Positions 20,053 to 29,438 of a stretch of DNA of 64,000 bases are shown one piece after another. The stretch lies in assembly GCA_963667565.1 (NCBI GenBank), contig OY763415.1, positions 416,001 through 480,000 of the forward strand. Direction: 5' to 3'. The position numbers and the translations under genes are program-made. Under the pieces are notes generated by a model, which saw only the letters and a list, made by a program, of their open reading frames with translations, was not told the DNA's origin and made no database searches. The stretch's first letter is position 1. Each line of letters opens with the position of its first letter. This DNA is from Acholeplasmataceae bacterium (GTDB taxonomy: Bacteria > Bacillota_I > Bacilli_A > Acholeplasmatales > Acholeplasmataceae).

Positions 20053-21177
20053 ATGAAGAAAACACTAATATTATTACTACTCGTTTTTGTCCTAGTTGGG
20101 TGCGATAATGGTGCACCAAATGGATTAGAGCCGTTAGTCGCAACTGATGATGCTTTAATTCAAACACTTGATGGTGGATGGGTTGCAACATGGGCAGATG
20201 AGTTTAATGGTAGTGCAGTTGATGAAACCAAATGGACTTTTGAAATCAATGGTGATGGTGGAGGTAACAATGAGTTACAATACTACACGAGAGATAACGC
20301 AACTGTTTCAGATGGTACACTTAAAATCACTGCTAAACATGAAGACTATTTAGGTAAATCTTATACATCAAGTAGAATTACAACAAAGTATAAAAATGAT
20401 ATGTTATATGGTCGCGTACAAGTACGTGCTAAATTACCTACAGGTGTTGGTACATGGCCAGCAATTTGGATGATGCCAACTGCTTCAGTATATGGTGGAT
20501 GGCCAGACTCTGGTGAATTTGATATTATGGAATATGTTGGATATGATCCAGGTGTGATTCATTCAACTATCCATACAGATATTTATAATGGTGCTCAGGG
20601 TACTCAAATTGGTTATAGTTATCGAATGAATGGGATTGAAGATGATTTCCATACATATGATCTTATTTGGGAACCAGGATATATGGCAACCTATATTGAT
20701 GATGATCTAATTGGTGAATTTAGATATAACGCTTATTACAATCAAAATTACACGTATGATCAAGTGTTCCCATATGACCAACAATTTTTCCTTATTTTAA
20801 ATTTAGCTGTTGGTGGTAATTGGGGTGGTGTTCAAGGTGTCGATGCGAATGCATTTCCGACTTCACTTGAAGTTGATTATGTAAGATATTATCAAAGAGA
20901 TTATGCAACACTTGATGAACTAGCACCATCACAACCTACAGATATCACTTTAGCAAGAGTCGCAAATACACTTTTTTGGGATCCTTCAACAGATGATTAT
21001 GCCGTTGAAAAATACTTAGTTTTAGTTGATGGCGAAGCATATGATTACACCAATCTAAACCAATATACATTTAAAGGTTTAACTAAGGGTCAAACCTATT
21101 CAATTCAAGTAGTTAGCTATGATTTTGTAGGAAGAAAATCCGATAAAAGTGAAGCATTTAGTTTTACTTATCAATAA
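20053..21177 (+). CDS. GH16 laminarinase lipoprotein with C-terminal Fn3 domain
   Basis: Lipobox VLVGC; WADEFNG, GGGNNELQYY, WPAIWM, catalytic GEFDIME; Fn3-like tail. Confidence 0.93.
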   Translation: MKKTLILLLLVFVLVGCDNGAPNGLEPLVATDDALIQTLDGGWVATWADEFNGSAVDETKWTFEINGDGGGNNELQYYTRDNATVSDGTLKITAKHEDYLGKSYTSSRITTKYKNDMLYGRVQVRAKLPTGVGTWPAIWMMPTASVYGGWPDSGEFDIMEYVGYDPGVIHSTIHTDIYNGAQGTQIGYSYRMNGIEDDFHTYDLIWEPGYMATYIDDDLIGEFRYNAYYNQNYTYDQVFPYDQQFFLILNLAVGGNWGGVQGVDANAFPTSLEVDYVRYYQRDYATLDELAPSQPTDITLARVANTLFWDPSTDDYAVEKYLVLVDGEAYDYTNLNQYTFKGLTKGQTYSIQVVSYDFVGRKSDKSEAFSFTYQ

Positions 21178-21188
21178 AAAAATCTATG

Positions 21189-21444
21189 TGAAGTGAACTT
21201 CAAAAAGTAGACATATAAAAAAGGTCTACTTTTTATTTTTTTTGTTTGTTCTTGTATGACTAAAAAGTGCTAGAATTTTTTAGGATTTCATAGCGCTCTT
21301 TATAGTCCTTGTACTCATGCTTTTAGGACATCTTTTTTCATTTGTTTACCATAATAAAAACACCCCCATAATTAAATAATAAAGGCGTTTCTATAAATTG
21401 TTTTAATAAGATTTTTATTTGTCTACTAACATTTTATCATTTCA
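21189..21444 (-). mobile_element. Internally deleted IS3-family (IS150-like) remnant
   Basis: Two 25-bp ends facing each other: TGAAGTGAACTTCAAAAAGTAGACA (21189-21213) and, on minus, TGAAATGATAAAATGTTAGTAGACA (21444-21420); minus strand keeps RBS+ATG and an OrfA-like tail DYKERYEILK. Confidence 0.7.
21204..21243 (+). terminator. Rho-independent terminator of the glucan operon (overlaps IS end)
   Basis: AAAAAGTAGAC..GTCTACTTTTT followed by T-tract. Confidence 0.6.
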
Positions 21445-21466
21445 GGTTGCGTATCTTTTTTTATGG

Positions 21467-22213
21467 TCATCTAATCATTATTTCCTTTTTGAACTTTTTA
21501 TGCCATTCTGGTAAATCAAACTTTAAACCTTGTTCATTATATCTATAAGCCTTTTTAATTGCCTCATCAATTCTTCCATCTAACTTAAGATTTTGTTCAT
21601 CACTAAATAATTTTAATGTCGTGACAAGTATAGAATATTTCAAGCCATATCGACTGATAAGTTCAAAATATATATCCAGTACTTGATTTAATAAATCATT
21701 AGCTTTTAGATGGTATAGCATTGGTATTAAACCCATATATTTAAATTCTTTGATGGCTATATTATCTTCTGCGACAATGACTTCTTCAAATACTTTTGGA
21801 TCAAAAGGATAAATCAAGACTTTGAAAATATCTTTTGCATATTCAAGTTCATCAGCATAATAAATAAAATTTAAGAAATCTTGTTCGAATAGCTCATTTA
21901 AATAACTCACTATTTTTTTGTAAACCGATAAGTTAAGATTGAATGAAAAAAAATGAGATATTGTCAATCCTAAAATTTTATTTATAAAGAAATCAGAGTC
22001 AGTACCTCCGTACTGCTGATGAAATGATTCAAGTGTTAATCCACTATCTCTATCAATCATTGCTTCAATATGCTCATTTTGCCATTGAATATAATATGAA
22101 ATGGGAACATTTAAATCTTTAATAAAATTTTCACCAAATTCTAATTTCATATAGTCACTTGATAGGTGATTATCGAAATATGCTTTTTTAATTTTTTCGT
22201 ACATGTTGTTCAC
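21467..22213 (-). CDS. Hypothetical protein, candidate immunity protein
   Basis: 248 aa, no signal peptide, starts 5 nt after the stop of the toxin-like gene. Confidence 0.55.
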   Translation of the reverse strand: MNNMYEKIKKAYFDNHLSSDYMKLEFGENFIKDLNVPISYYIQWQNEHIEAMIDRDSGLTLESFHQQYGGTDSDFFINKILGLTISHFFSFNLNLSVYKKIVSYLNELFEQDFLNFIYYADELEYAKDIFKVLIYPFDPKVFEEVIVAEDNIAIKEFKYMGLIPMLYHLKANDLLNQVLDIYFELISRYGLKYSILVTTLKLFSDEQNLKLDGRIDEAIKKAYRYNEQGLKFDLPEWHKKFKKEIMIR

Positions 22214-22218
22214 CTCAT

Positions 22219-23478
22219 TTATCTTGTTGCAATTGTATATGGTGTATAATAATTATACCATCTATATCCTGCAACCTTAATATGTCTTAATTCTCTTGAA
22301 TAGAAAGATAGATATCCATCTGGTTGTAGCATTACACCAGTTGAATAATTGAAATATGCATAAGATGGTGTCACCAATCTAAAGTCACAATCTAATGCCA
22401 TAACGACATCAAGAAAATATTGATTTAAAACCCACATGCCTTCTTCTTTGTACAACTTCTCAAGGTCACGCCATTTTAGATCAGTCATATGAAATACTAT
22501 TTCTCCAATATTATTATTTCTAAACTCATAATATGCTTTTTCTCCAGTAACAGTAGCCACTCTACCTATGGATACTGTGATCTTTTTCTGTTTGGTCAAT
22601 TGAGTAATAGAAGTTATACCTATCGCTTTTAATAATTCAGCTTGTAATTTTTCTTTTGTCCACCCTTTAGGTAAAGCTAAACTACTATAACTAAAGTCAT
22701 TATATACATTATCTAGTACCCTTGATAATGAATCACTTACCATCGCACTAATCTTTTGAAACACATCCTTGATTTGTTTCACAATTTCTCCAGCAACATC
22801 AACAAATATGGCAATTAAATTTTCCATATATGGCTTAACTTTATTCCAGTTAATGACTACAACTGCTGTGATAGCTAAAACTGCAGCTGTAGCAACGGCA
22901 ATTTTTACCTTTAATGGTATATACCATGCTTGAATCGTTGTGACTAATGCAGAATAAGCACCTTTTATTGTGATAATCGCTGCAGTCGATAGTTTCATAA
23001 GTGATTGTAGTAAATATTGAAGATTATACGTATATGCTGTGCTCATTTCTATGATTGATTCAAATGAACTAACTTTATAGTCATTGTTTTTTGAAAATCC
23101 ATTCTCAATTAAAGTTAACAAATTATACATATCGTTATCTTCTGAAGCCAATTCATTTAAGTAATCTATTGTATCTGAATCAAGATCATCAAAAATTGCC
23201 ATTATACTATTTGATAGTTGCTCATATTGATAATCATCAATAGTCATATTTTCACTATATGATAAATCGATCACGCCTGAATTAAATGTTTGATCATTTA
23301 ATATCGTAAATGCATCAATATCTATGATATCTTCTAAACTACTGTCTAATTCATCTAGAATATCTCCAATATAATCAAATTCACTAACTTCTTGCATCTG
23401 TACTGAATTGTTTAACTGTGAAGCTGACAAACCAACAACTGAAATTACAACAATAATAAACATTAAAAATCTTTTCAT
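22219..23478 (-). CDS. Secreted protein with hydrophobic central helices and polymorphic-toxin-like C-terminus
   Basis: Signal peptide MKRFLMFIIVV; Ala/Ile/Val-rich segment; C-terminal W.LNQYFLD..FRL.TP..SFYSREL..I..AGYRW. Confidence 0.6.
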   Translation of the reverse strand: MKRFLMFIIVVISVVGLSASQLNNSVQMQEVSEFDYIGDILDELDSSLEDIIDIDAFTILNDQTFNSGVIDLSYSENMTIDDYQYEQLSNSIMAIFDDLDSDTIDYLNELASEDNDMYNLLTLIENGFSKNNDYKVSSFESIIEMSTAYTYNLQYLLQSLMKLSTAAIITIKGAYSALVTTIQAWYIPLKVKIAVATAAVLAITAVVVINWNKVKPYMENLIAIFVDVAGEIVKQIKDVFQKISAMVSDSLSRVLDNVYNDFSYSSLALPKGWTKEKLQAELLKAIGITSITQLTKQKKITVSIGRVATVTGEKAYYEFRNNNIGEIVFHMTDLKWRDLEKLYKEEGMWVLNQYFLDVVMALDCDFRLVTPSYAYFNYSTGVMLQPDGYLSFYSRELRHIKVAGYRWYNYYTPYTIATR

Positions 23479-23597
23479 TTTCCACCCCATATGTTTTTTG
23501 ATTATTGATTTATAAAAATCAACTAATCTTTATTAAACACATTATATATTACTTTATATGACTAACGCAAGACGGATAAATAAAAAGTATATGATAA

Positions 23598-23958
23598 GAA
23601 AAAAGAGGATATAAAGACCTAGAAACGATTCTGCATTCCAATCAAGGCGCTATATATGCCTCTCAAGCATTCAATGCTCAACTAGATTCTACCATAAAAA
23701 GATCCATGTCTAGAAAAGGAATACCAACAGATAATCCTGTTTTAAAATCTTTAAAGGGATGGATTAATGAAGAATTATTCATAGATTTTAATTTAAAGCA
23801 TACAGATGACATTTACAAGTGCATTAAAGATTATGTTAAATATGATAATTATGTAAGACTTGTATGGACACTTCAATATAAAAACCCAGTTCAATATCGA
23901 ACTGAGCATTCATTTAATTAAGCTTTTTTTTAATGTCTACTAACTCTTTAATATTACA
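23598..23958 (+). mobile_element. IS3-family transposase C-terminal remnant plus right end
   Basis: ILHSNQGAIYAS (degenerate HSDQG), SMSRKGIPTDNP, LQYKNPVQYR; end TGTCTACTAACTCTTTAATATTACA at 23934-23958. Confidence 0.85.
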
Positions 23959-23973
23959 ATAAGGTTTTTTTCT

Positions 23974-24618
23974 TTAAATAAATTTCTTGAGTTCAATTGC
24001 AATCAAAGAAGCATACATCTTAGCACCATAAGGGCTAAAATGGGTATCATCAGTCATGCCATCTGGATAATTTGGATGTTCTAAAGGTTTTAAATAGTTA
24101 TGAAATTTTTTAGAAGAAGTATCTCCTAATTGTGATATGATCTTTTGAGAAATATGATACATATCAATAAAAGGATAACCATGTAATTCACAAAATCGCT
24201 TCATAGCATCTGGATAATCACTTATAGCGTTTGGATCTAATTTTCCATCTATAAATTTACGTCTTGTAATGGATGATATAAAAATTGGAGTTGCGTGATT
24301 AGAAGTTGCAGTGACTGCAAACCTTTCAAGATTGTCCATATAATCTGTGTTAGGGTTTGTGTGATTTAATGCATCATCTTTCGAATCATTATGGCCAAAT
24401 TGGATAAATAAAAAATCACCAGGTTCAATTTCGGTTTCAATTTGAAATAATCTACCTTCTGCAATAAAAGATTTTGTAGATCGACCATTTTCGGCATAAT
24501 TTCTTATTTCTATATGAGGAGATATAAAATCTTTTAAATATTCTCCCCAACCAGATTCTGGACGTTTATTTGCTTGTTTGTTTGCTGCAGTTGAATCTCC
24601 AGCGATAAAAATTTTCAT
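23974..24618 (-). CDS. SGNH/GDSL rhamnogalacturonan acetylesterase-like (CE12)
   Basis: IAGDST, GWG, GRSTKSF, QFGHND, DDTHF. Confidence 0.9.
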   Translation of the reverse strand: MKIFIAGDSTAANKQANKRPESGWGEYLKDFISPHIEIRNYAENGRSTKSFIAEGRLFQIETEIEPGDFLFIQFGHNDSKDDALNHTNPNTDYMDNLERFAVTATSNHATPIFISSITRRKFIDGKLDPNAISDYPDAMKRFCELHGYPFIDMYHISQKIISQLGDTSSKKFHNYLKPLEHPNYPDGMTDDTHFSPYGAKMYASLIAIELKKFI

Positions 24619-25086
24619 ATAATCACCATGTATATATTAGCACATTTTTATAAATATACTAAAATGTTTTAATCTATGAGAAAAGTCAAATAGAAAAAGC
24701 ATGACTATTTGAATTTTACTATTTATTGTTAATTTATCTTTGATCATAATTTTTGCATTAATAATTGATACAACTTGACGATACGAATTTTTAATTAACT
24801 GACTAAAAGTTATTAGATGTTTAGTATTACTGAAATGTTAAGTATAATTGACAGAAATTGTGAATTGTTATAATATGAAAACAAAATAAACAATAATTAA
24901 CTTGGAGAGGATATAAGATGGATGTCAAGAGAAGGCAGATTGATATAAGAAAGATGAAGAGTAAGTAATACACTTAAACGCTAGATAAAAAATGTACATT
25001 CATGAATTGAAGAAAATAAAGGATGACATTCCTGAAATTTATAGTATGTTATTAGCAAAAGAGAAAAATGATGTGGGAGGAGTAAA

Positions 25087-25827
25087 ATGAAAAAAATTTA
25101 TCTAATATATATTTTTTTGTTTTTAATGATATTATCAAGTTGTGGAGAGAACGGGACTACACCAACTACTGAATTTTTCTTTTCTGAGTATAATGAATTC
25201 ATAGCTACTTTGAACAATATTAGAATATTAGAACCCGAATTAACAGAAAATCAGATCATACTTAAATATCCTGATTATAATGAGGAAAACGGTAAAATTT
25301 TTATTTACTATCGTCACTATATATATGCTGATATTTTAAATGCTGATGAAAAAATAACCAATGTCAATTATAAAATTGAGGTACAAGAAGATCATGTAAG
25401 AATTGATGATATCAATGGGGCACAAGTATTAAGATTTATTTATCAAATTGAAGACGAAAATCTAAAAGGGATTGTCCTGTCTTTCGAACCAGTAAGTGAA
25501 AATCATATTGAAGATAGTAATTACGAATTTGTCGAAATAGAATCAAGTATAGCAACAGTGATTTTTAGGGATAAAGCAGTTCCAGGATATGAACCAAGTA
25601 GTTTCATTGAAGATCTAAATATAGATTCTTATATCGAGGATGGAAATATCATTCATCCATCATATGAAGTCAGATATGCAATAAATGAATCAACACTTAG
25701 CAAACAAAACATTAGAATTTCCTATTTTTATAAATCTAATTATGCTAGAATCGAAAGTGATTTTTTATTTGAGCAGAAAATTATCACTTATATTAATCAG
25801 CATCTTAATCTTTTAATATTACAATAA
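25087..25827 (+). CDS. Hypothetical lipoprotein
   Basis: RBS GGAGG; lipobox ILSSC. Confidence 0.7.
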   Translation: MKKIYLIYIFLFLMILSSCGENGTTPTTEFFFSEYNEFIATLNNIRILEPELTENQIILKYPDYNEENGKIFIYYRHYIYADILNADEKITNVNYKIEVQEDHVRIDDINGAQVLRFIYQIEDENLKGIVLSFEPVSENHIEDSNYEFVEIESSIATVIFRDKAVPGYEPSSFIEDLNIDSYIEDGNIIHPSYEVRYAINESTLSKQNIRISYFYKSNYARIESDFLFEQKIITYINQHLNLLILQ

Positions 25828-25892
25828 GATATATTTAGGAAAGTTCTAAATGTTTATGCAAATTTAAATTTTCAAACAAATATAAATTATGA

Positions 25893-26122
25893 TATGTCGT
25901 AGCTGCTGGTCCGTCATACGAAGTTGGAGTAATAGAAAATTATGCAGTTAAGGGAGTTATAGAGGTAGTTTTTACACTCGTGGAGCTTCAGTTCCCGGAT
26001 TTGGACTTGAATATGCAACTGATGGTAAAAGAACAGATGATTCAGTTTCAGCAACTTCAATTATTGTTGGGCTAGAAGGATCTGCCTACATGGGATATGA
26101 TTACTATATTCCATTTCCATAA
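25893..26122 (+). pseudogene. Start-less, frameshifted Gly-rich gene tail (orphan toxin-like C-terminus)
   Basis: YVVAAGPSYEVGVIENYAVK then frame change to GSYRGSFYTRGASVPGFGLEYATDG..AYMGYDYYIPFP*; visibly higher GC than flanks. Confidence 0.5.
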
Positions 26123-26139
26123 GAAAGAAGAATTAAAAT

Positions 26140-26598
26140 ATGAGTTTTAATTATGATGATTATTTAGATGGATTGTTTAAAGAACCGATATTCTATATTG
26201 TAGCAACGCTCGTGATATTTGTAAGTTTTATTATTTTTGATTTAAAGTTTGATTTTATGAAATTAAAAAATGCTAAATATTTATTGAAATTTGCTCTGTT
26301 TGTTGTTTTTGCGATTCTGTTTTTTACAATTTCTACTGTTCGCTTAAATTATGGATTACCACTTAAAAAGGATGATTATAACAATCAGATTGTACTTGAA
26401 GGATATGTAGATAGTTATCGTGAAACATATTTTTCTCCAAGATACTACTATGATCATAAATTGGTAAAAGGATGTATTATTGTAATTGATGACCAAAGGT
26501 TTTATATCATGACCATTGGAGATATAAAGGTTGGAGATTACGTTAATATTGAATATTTAGAGAAAAGCAAAATTGTTATGAACATTAATGTGATATAA
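26140..26598 (+). CDS. Two-TM membrane protein (paralog 1)
   Basis: 152 aa; ends VNIEYLEKSKIVMNIN. Confidence 0.75.
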   Translation: MSFNYDDYLDGLFKEPIFYIVATLVIFVSFIIFDLKFDFMKLKNAKYLLKFALFVVFAILFFTISTVRLNYGLPLKKDDYNNQIVLEGYVDSYRETYFSPRYYYDHKLVKGCIIVIDDQRFYIMTIGDIKVGDYVNIEYLEKSKIVMNINVI

Positions 26599-26616
26599 AG
26601 AAAGTAGATATAATAT

Positions 26617-27075
26617 ATGAATTTTAAATTGAAAGATTATAAAAAAAGATTTATGTTTTTGACAATTGCATCGTATAGTTTTAGTCTTATCATTGGCATT
26701 ATCATTTTAGTTTCTTTAATAAACAATCAATTAATTTCTATTAACCAGGATTTTCTATTTATTTTTTCACTTGTCTTTTTAGCAGGTCTCATTTATGGCA
26801 CAATTGAATTATTATTTTTAATTAAAATATTCAAAGATGAACATGAAGAACCTATAAAGATTATCGGTGTGATAACGAATATTCAATTTGTTTTGGGTAA
26901 TAAGTACAATGAAAAAATAGAGAAGCCAATGTACAAAATAGTGCTTGACCAAAGTGAAAAATTCTTAGTTTATAAGAATAATATTATAAATAATACTATT
27001 GATCAGTCAGTTGAAATTTCTTATTTACCTAATAGTCATATTGTACTAAGTATTAATGATGCACTAAACATATGA
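26617..27075 (+). CDS. Two-TM membrane protein (paralog 2)
   Basis: 152 aa; ends VEISYLPNSHIVLSIN. Confidence 0.75.
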   Translation: MNFKLKDYKKRFMFLTIASYSFSLIIGIIILVSLINNQLISINQDFLFIFSLVFLAGLIYGTIELLFLIKIFKDEHEEPIKIIGVITNIQFVLGNKYNEKIEKPMYKIVLDQSEKFLVYKNNIINNTIDQSVEISYLPNSHIVLSINDALNI

Positions 27076-27361
27076 GAACTTAAAAACATTTAGATTATAA
27101 CTGTCAACAAAACTGACAACCTTATTTATCTATGATAATCATAGATGAGGAGGCTGTTTTTTTGTTTAATCGATGATCAACAGATCTTCTAAAATTAGAA
27201 ATTTAAAGAAATAGGAGAAAGAAATGAAGAAACACACAAAACTCATTGTTTTATCTTTTTTAATGGATGCAACCTTGGTTGTAACAGTTAGTACATATGC
27301 ATATTCACTTGCATTCCAAACGACTTCATTATCGACAATATCAATGGTGACTGAATCATAA

Positions 27362-27537
27362 TATGCAAATGAACAAGTAATGGCACCAATAGTAGGTATA
27401 ACCAAAATAAAACATCTAGAAGATGCAGTTTCTTCAGTACAAATAAATTTGTCAGAAGATAAATAAAATTATTTGCAAGAGTTATACATAGTACATATCA
27501 TTAAGGAACAATATTACAAAGGACATGTACATAAGTA
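27362..27537 (+). pseudogene. Aldo/keto reductase C-terminal fragment
   Basis: APIVGITKIKHLEDAVSSVQINLSEDK*NYLQELY, matching the AKR PIVG.TK..HL.DA pattern, with internal stop. Confidence 0.6.
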
Positions 27538-27544
27538 AAACAAA

Positions 27545-27567
27545 AAAGACTTCAAAATTGAAGTCTT
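27545..27567 (-). terminator. Terminator downstream of the duplicated tRNA 3' end
   Basis: AAGACTTCAA-aa-TTGAAGTCTT; A-run on + gives U-tract on minus. Confidence 0.7.
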
Positions 27568-27579
27568 ATATTTATTAAA

Positions 27580-27624
27580 TGGTACCCCCTAACGGGATCG
27601 AACCGTTGACCCACTGAATAAGAG
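27580..27624 (-). repeat. att-like copy of the tRNA-Lys 3' end
   Basis: 45 bp, one mismatch versus 31947-31991. Confidence 0.95.
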
Positions 27625-27829
27625 ATAAAATATCTATTGAAAAGAAGATGATCATTATAAATTAAAGAATTATTAATTAAAAAAAGAGCAATCTTAGTCT
27701 GAACCTTGTTTAGTAGATACTATCAAAAAAAGTGGTAATTAAGCTATCACTTTTTAATTAATTATTTTAAATATTTTATTGTTCGGCAATCAAAGAAAAA
27801 TAGTATTATATTAAAATTTTGATGCACTA

Positions 27830-27858
27830 TTGACATAAAGCTTTAAAAGATTTAAAAT
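27830..27858 (+). promoter_or_regulatory. sigma-70 promoter of the islet operon
   Basis: TTGACA-17 nt-TAAAAT. Confidence 0.6.
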
Positions 27859-27971
27859 TAATTTAGAAATATAATAAAAATGGAGTTGGGGGACTTTTGT
27901 ATGATTTTAAGCCATGCGGGTTTCTTTCCGAGGCTTTTTTATTTTATAATTATATTAAAAGGGTGGGAAAG

Positions 27972-29429
27972 ATGATTAAAAAAATTATATTAATTGGTTT
28001 AATGGTTTTCATTGTATTCATCAATTTTTCAGTAAATGTTTTAGGTGCAAAAAATACTACAAGTATCGATAGTAAATTGACAACTAATAATGAAGTTGTT
28101 GATGAAAATGAGTTTTATGATTTATTCATTAATCATCAATATTTAATTGATGATTATAATTTATCAGTAGCAAATGATGCTTATACTGAAGATAATGAAA
28201 AAGTGTTGTGGTTACCCGCATCAGTTGAATATGCTTCAAAAATTGATGTTTGTAATAGTGATGAAAAAGTTATGTATCTAGATTTGAATGAGGAAAACGG
28301 ATTTATTGTGGTAGATAGTAATGATGTTTTGGTTGAATTTAATACTAACTCTGATTTAGCATTTTTGAGAGAATCAAACAATTTTTATTATAGCTTTTCA
28401 GATTCATTCGTGACATATAATGAAAATACTGGTGGATTTGACCAAATCTATGTTGATGATTTTAGTTCTGTTGATTTCTTCAATGAAGAAGTTAGTAATA
28501 CTCCTGTTCAACATAATGGTCAAGCTTCATCTGGAGATGGTGAGATTTATGATATTGATGCATATATAGCTGATCGATACGGTTCTAACTATATATATGT
28601 TAGTGGTAATTATATACAAGATTATGATTGGATTTATCAATATGATACTAGTGTTTATGAGATGAAATTAGTAAATCCTGATGACCAAACAGATGTTTTA
28701 TTCGCTAGTGAGGGAAATTGTGTGATAAATGCATCATATTCATTATTATCAAATCTCCCCTATACAAACAATTATCAATATTATAGTTATTTTAGTAATC
28801 TTAGATTTGGATTAAGAGATAGTAATTATATGAATGAGATTAGTACTGATCCACTGCTATATATGACTTATAGCAGTTACTCAGCAACGTATGAAATGAA
28901 TGGTATCGATTATGATGAAACTTGGTTATTGAATGGTTCATCAATAATAGATAGTATACCTCATATGTACATACAGTTAAGGGATCAAGCAATTAATAAT
29001 TATGGATATGAAAACGATGGGATGAGTCAAACATATGCTGATAATATGATTGAAACAGTAATTCATCTAGCAGAATATAACTATCCAAATTTTGATATGG
29101 TTTCTACATCTTCAGAAGATACAATTATATCTCAAATTGATAGTGGTAGACCTGGATTAATTTCAACATCAGGTAGTGAAACCTACAATAATCATTCAAT
29201 GGCTGTTTATGGTTATAGAAAATATAAATACTATACATATTTTCTTGGATTCATCAAAGTAACAAATTATGCATATTTTTGGGTAGTAGATAGTGGACAT
29301 AGAACTGAAGCTTATAGTTCTAATTTTAGAAATTCTAATGGTGATTATTTAAATTGGTTTGATGGTAACCAATCGAGCACAGATTTCATGTATATTAGTG
29401 CATCTTCATTTATACTTCCTAGCTGTTAA
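27972..29429 (+). CDS. Secreted papain-fold cysteine peptidase (C10/C39-like)
   Basis: Signal peptide from ATG 27972; propeptide-like YLDLNEENGFIVV; GNCVINA (Cys), ISQIDSGRPGLI..NHSMAVYGY (His), WVVDSG (Asp). Confidence 0.7.
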   Translation: MIKKIILIGLMVFIVFINFSVNVLGAKNTTSIDSKLTTNNEVVDENEFYDLFINHQYLIDDYNLSVANDAYTEDNEKVLWLPASVEYASKIDVCNSDEKVMYLDLNEENGFIVVDSNDVLVEFNTNSDLAFLRESNNFYYSFSDSFVTYNENTGGFDQIYVDDFSSVDFFNEEVSNTPVQHNGQASSGDGEIYDIDAYIADRYGSNYIYVSGNYIQDYDWIYQYDTSVYEMKLVNPDDQTDVLFASEGNCVINASYSLLSNLPYTNNYQYYSYFSNLRFGLRDSNYMNEISTDPLLYMTYSSYSATYEMNGIDYDETWLLNGSSIIDSIPHMYIQLRDQAINNYGYENDGMSQTYADNMIETVIHLAEYNYPNFDMVSTSSEDTIISQIDSGRPGLISTSGSETYNNHSMAVYGYRKYKYYTYFLGFIKVTNYAYFWVVDSGHRTEAYSSNFRNSNGDYLNWFDGNQSSTDFMYISASSFILPSC

Positions 29430-29438
29430 GATTTAATT

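Noticed and set aside
27166..27405. 79-aa minus-strand ORF
   Set aside because: The plus strand carries the recognisable fragments; this looks like a shadow ORF
27580..27624. Second tRNA gene
   Set aside because: Only the 3' 45 nt are present; no D-arm or 5' acceptor strand
27695..27719. TAGTCTGAACCTTGTTTAGTAGATA as another IS3 end inside the islet
   Set aside because: Resembles the other ends but lacks the terminal TG and has no partner end or transposase; too weak to call
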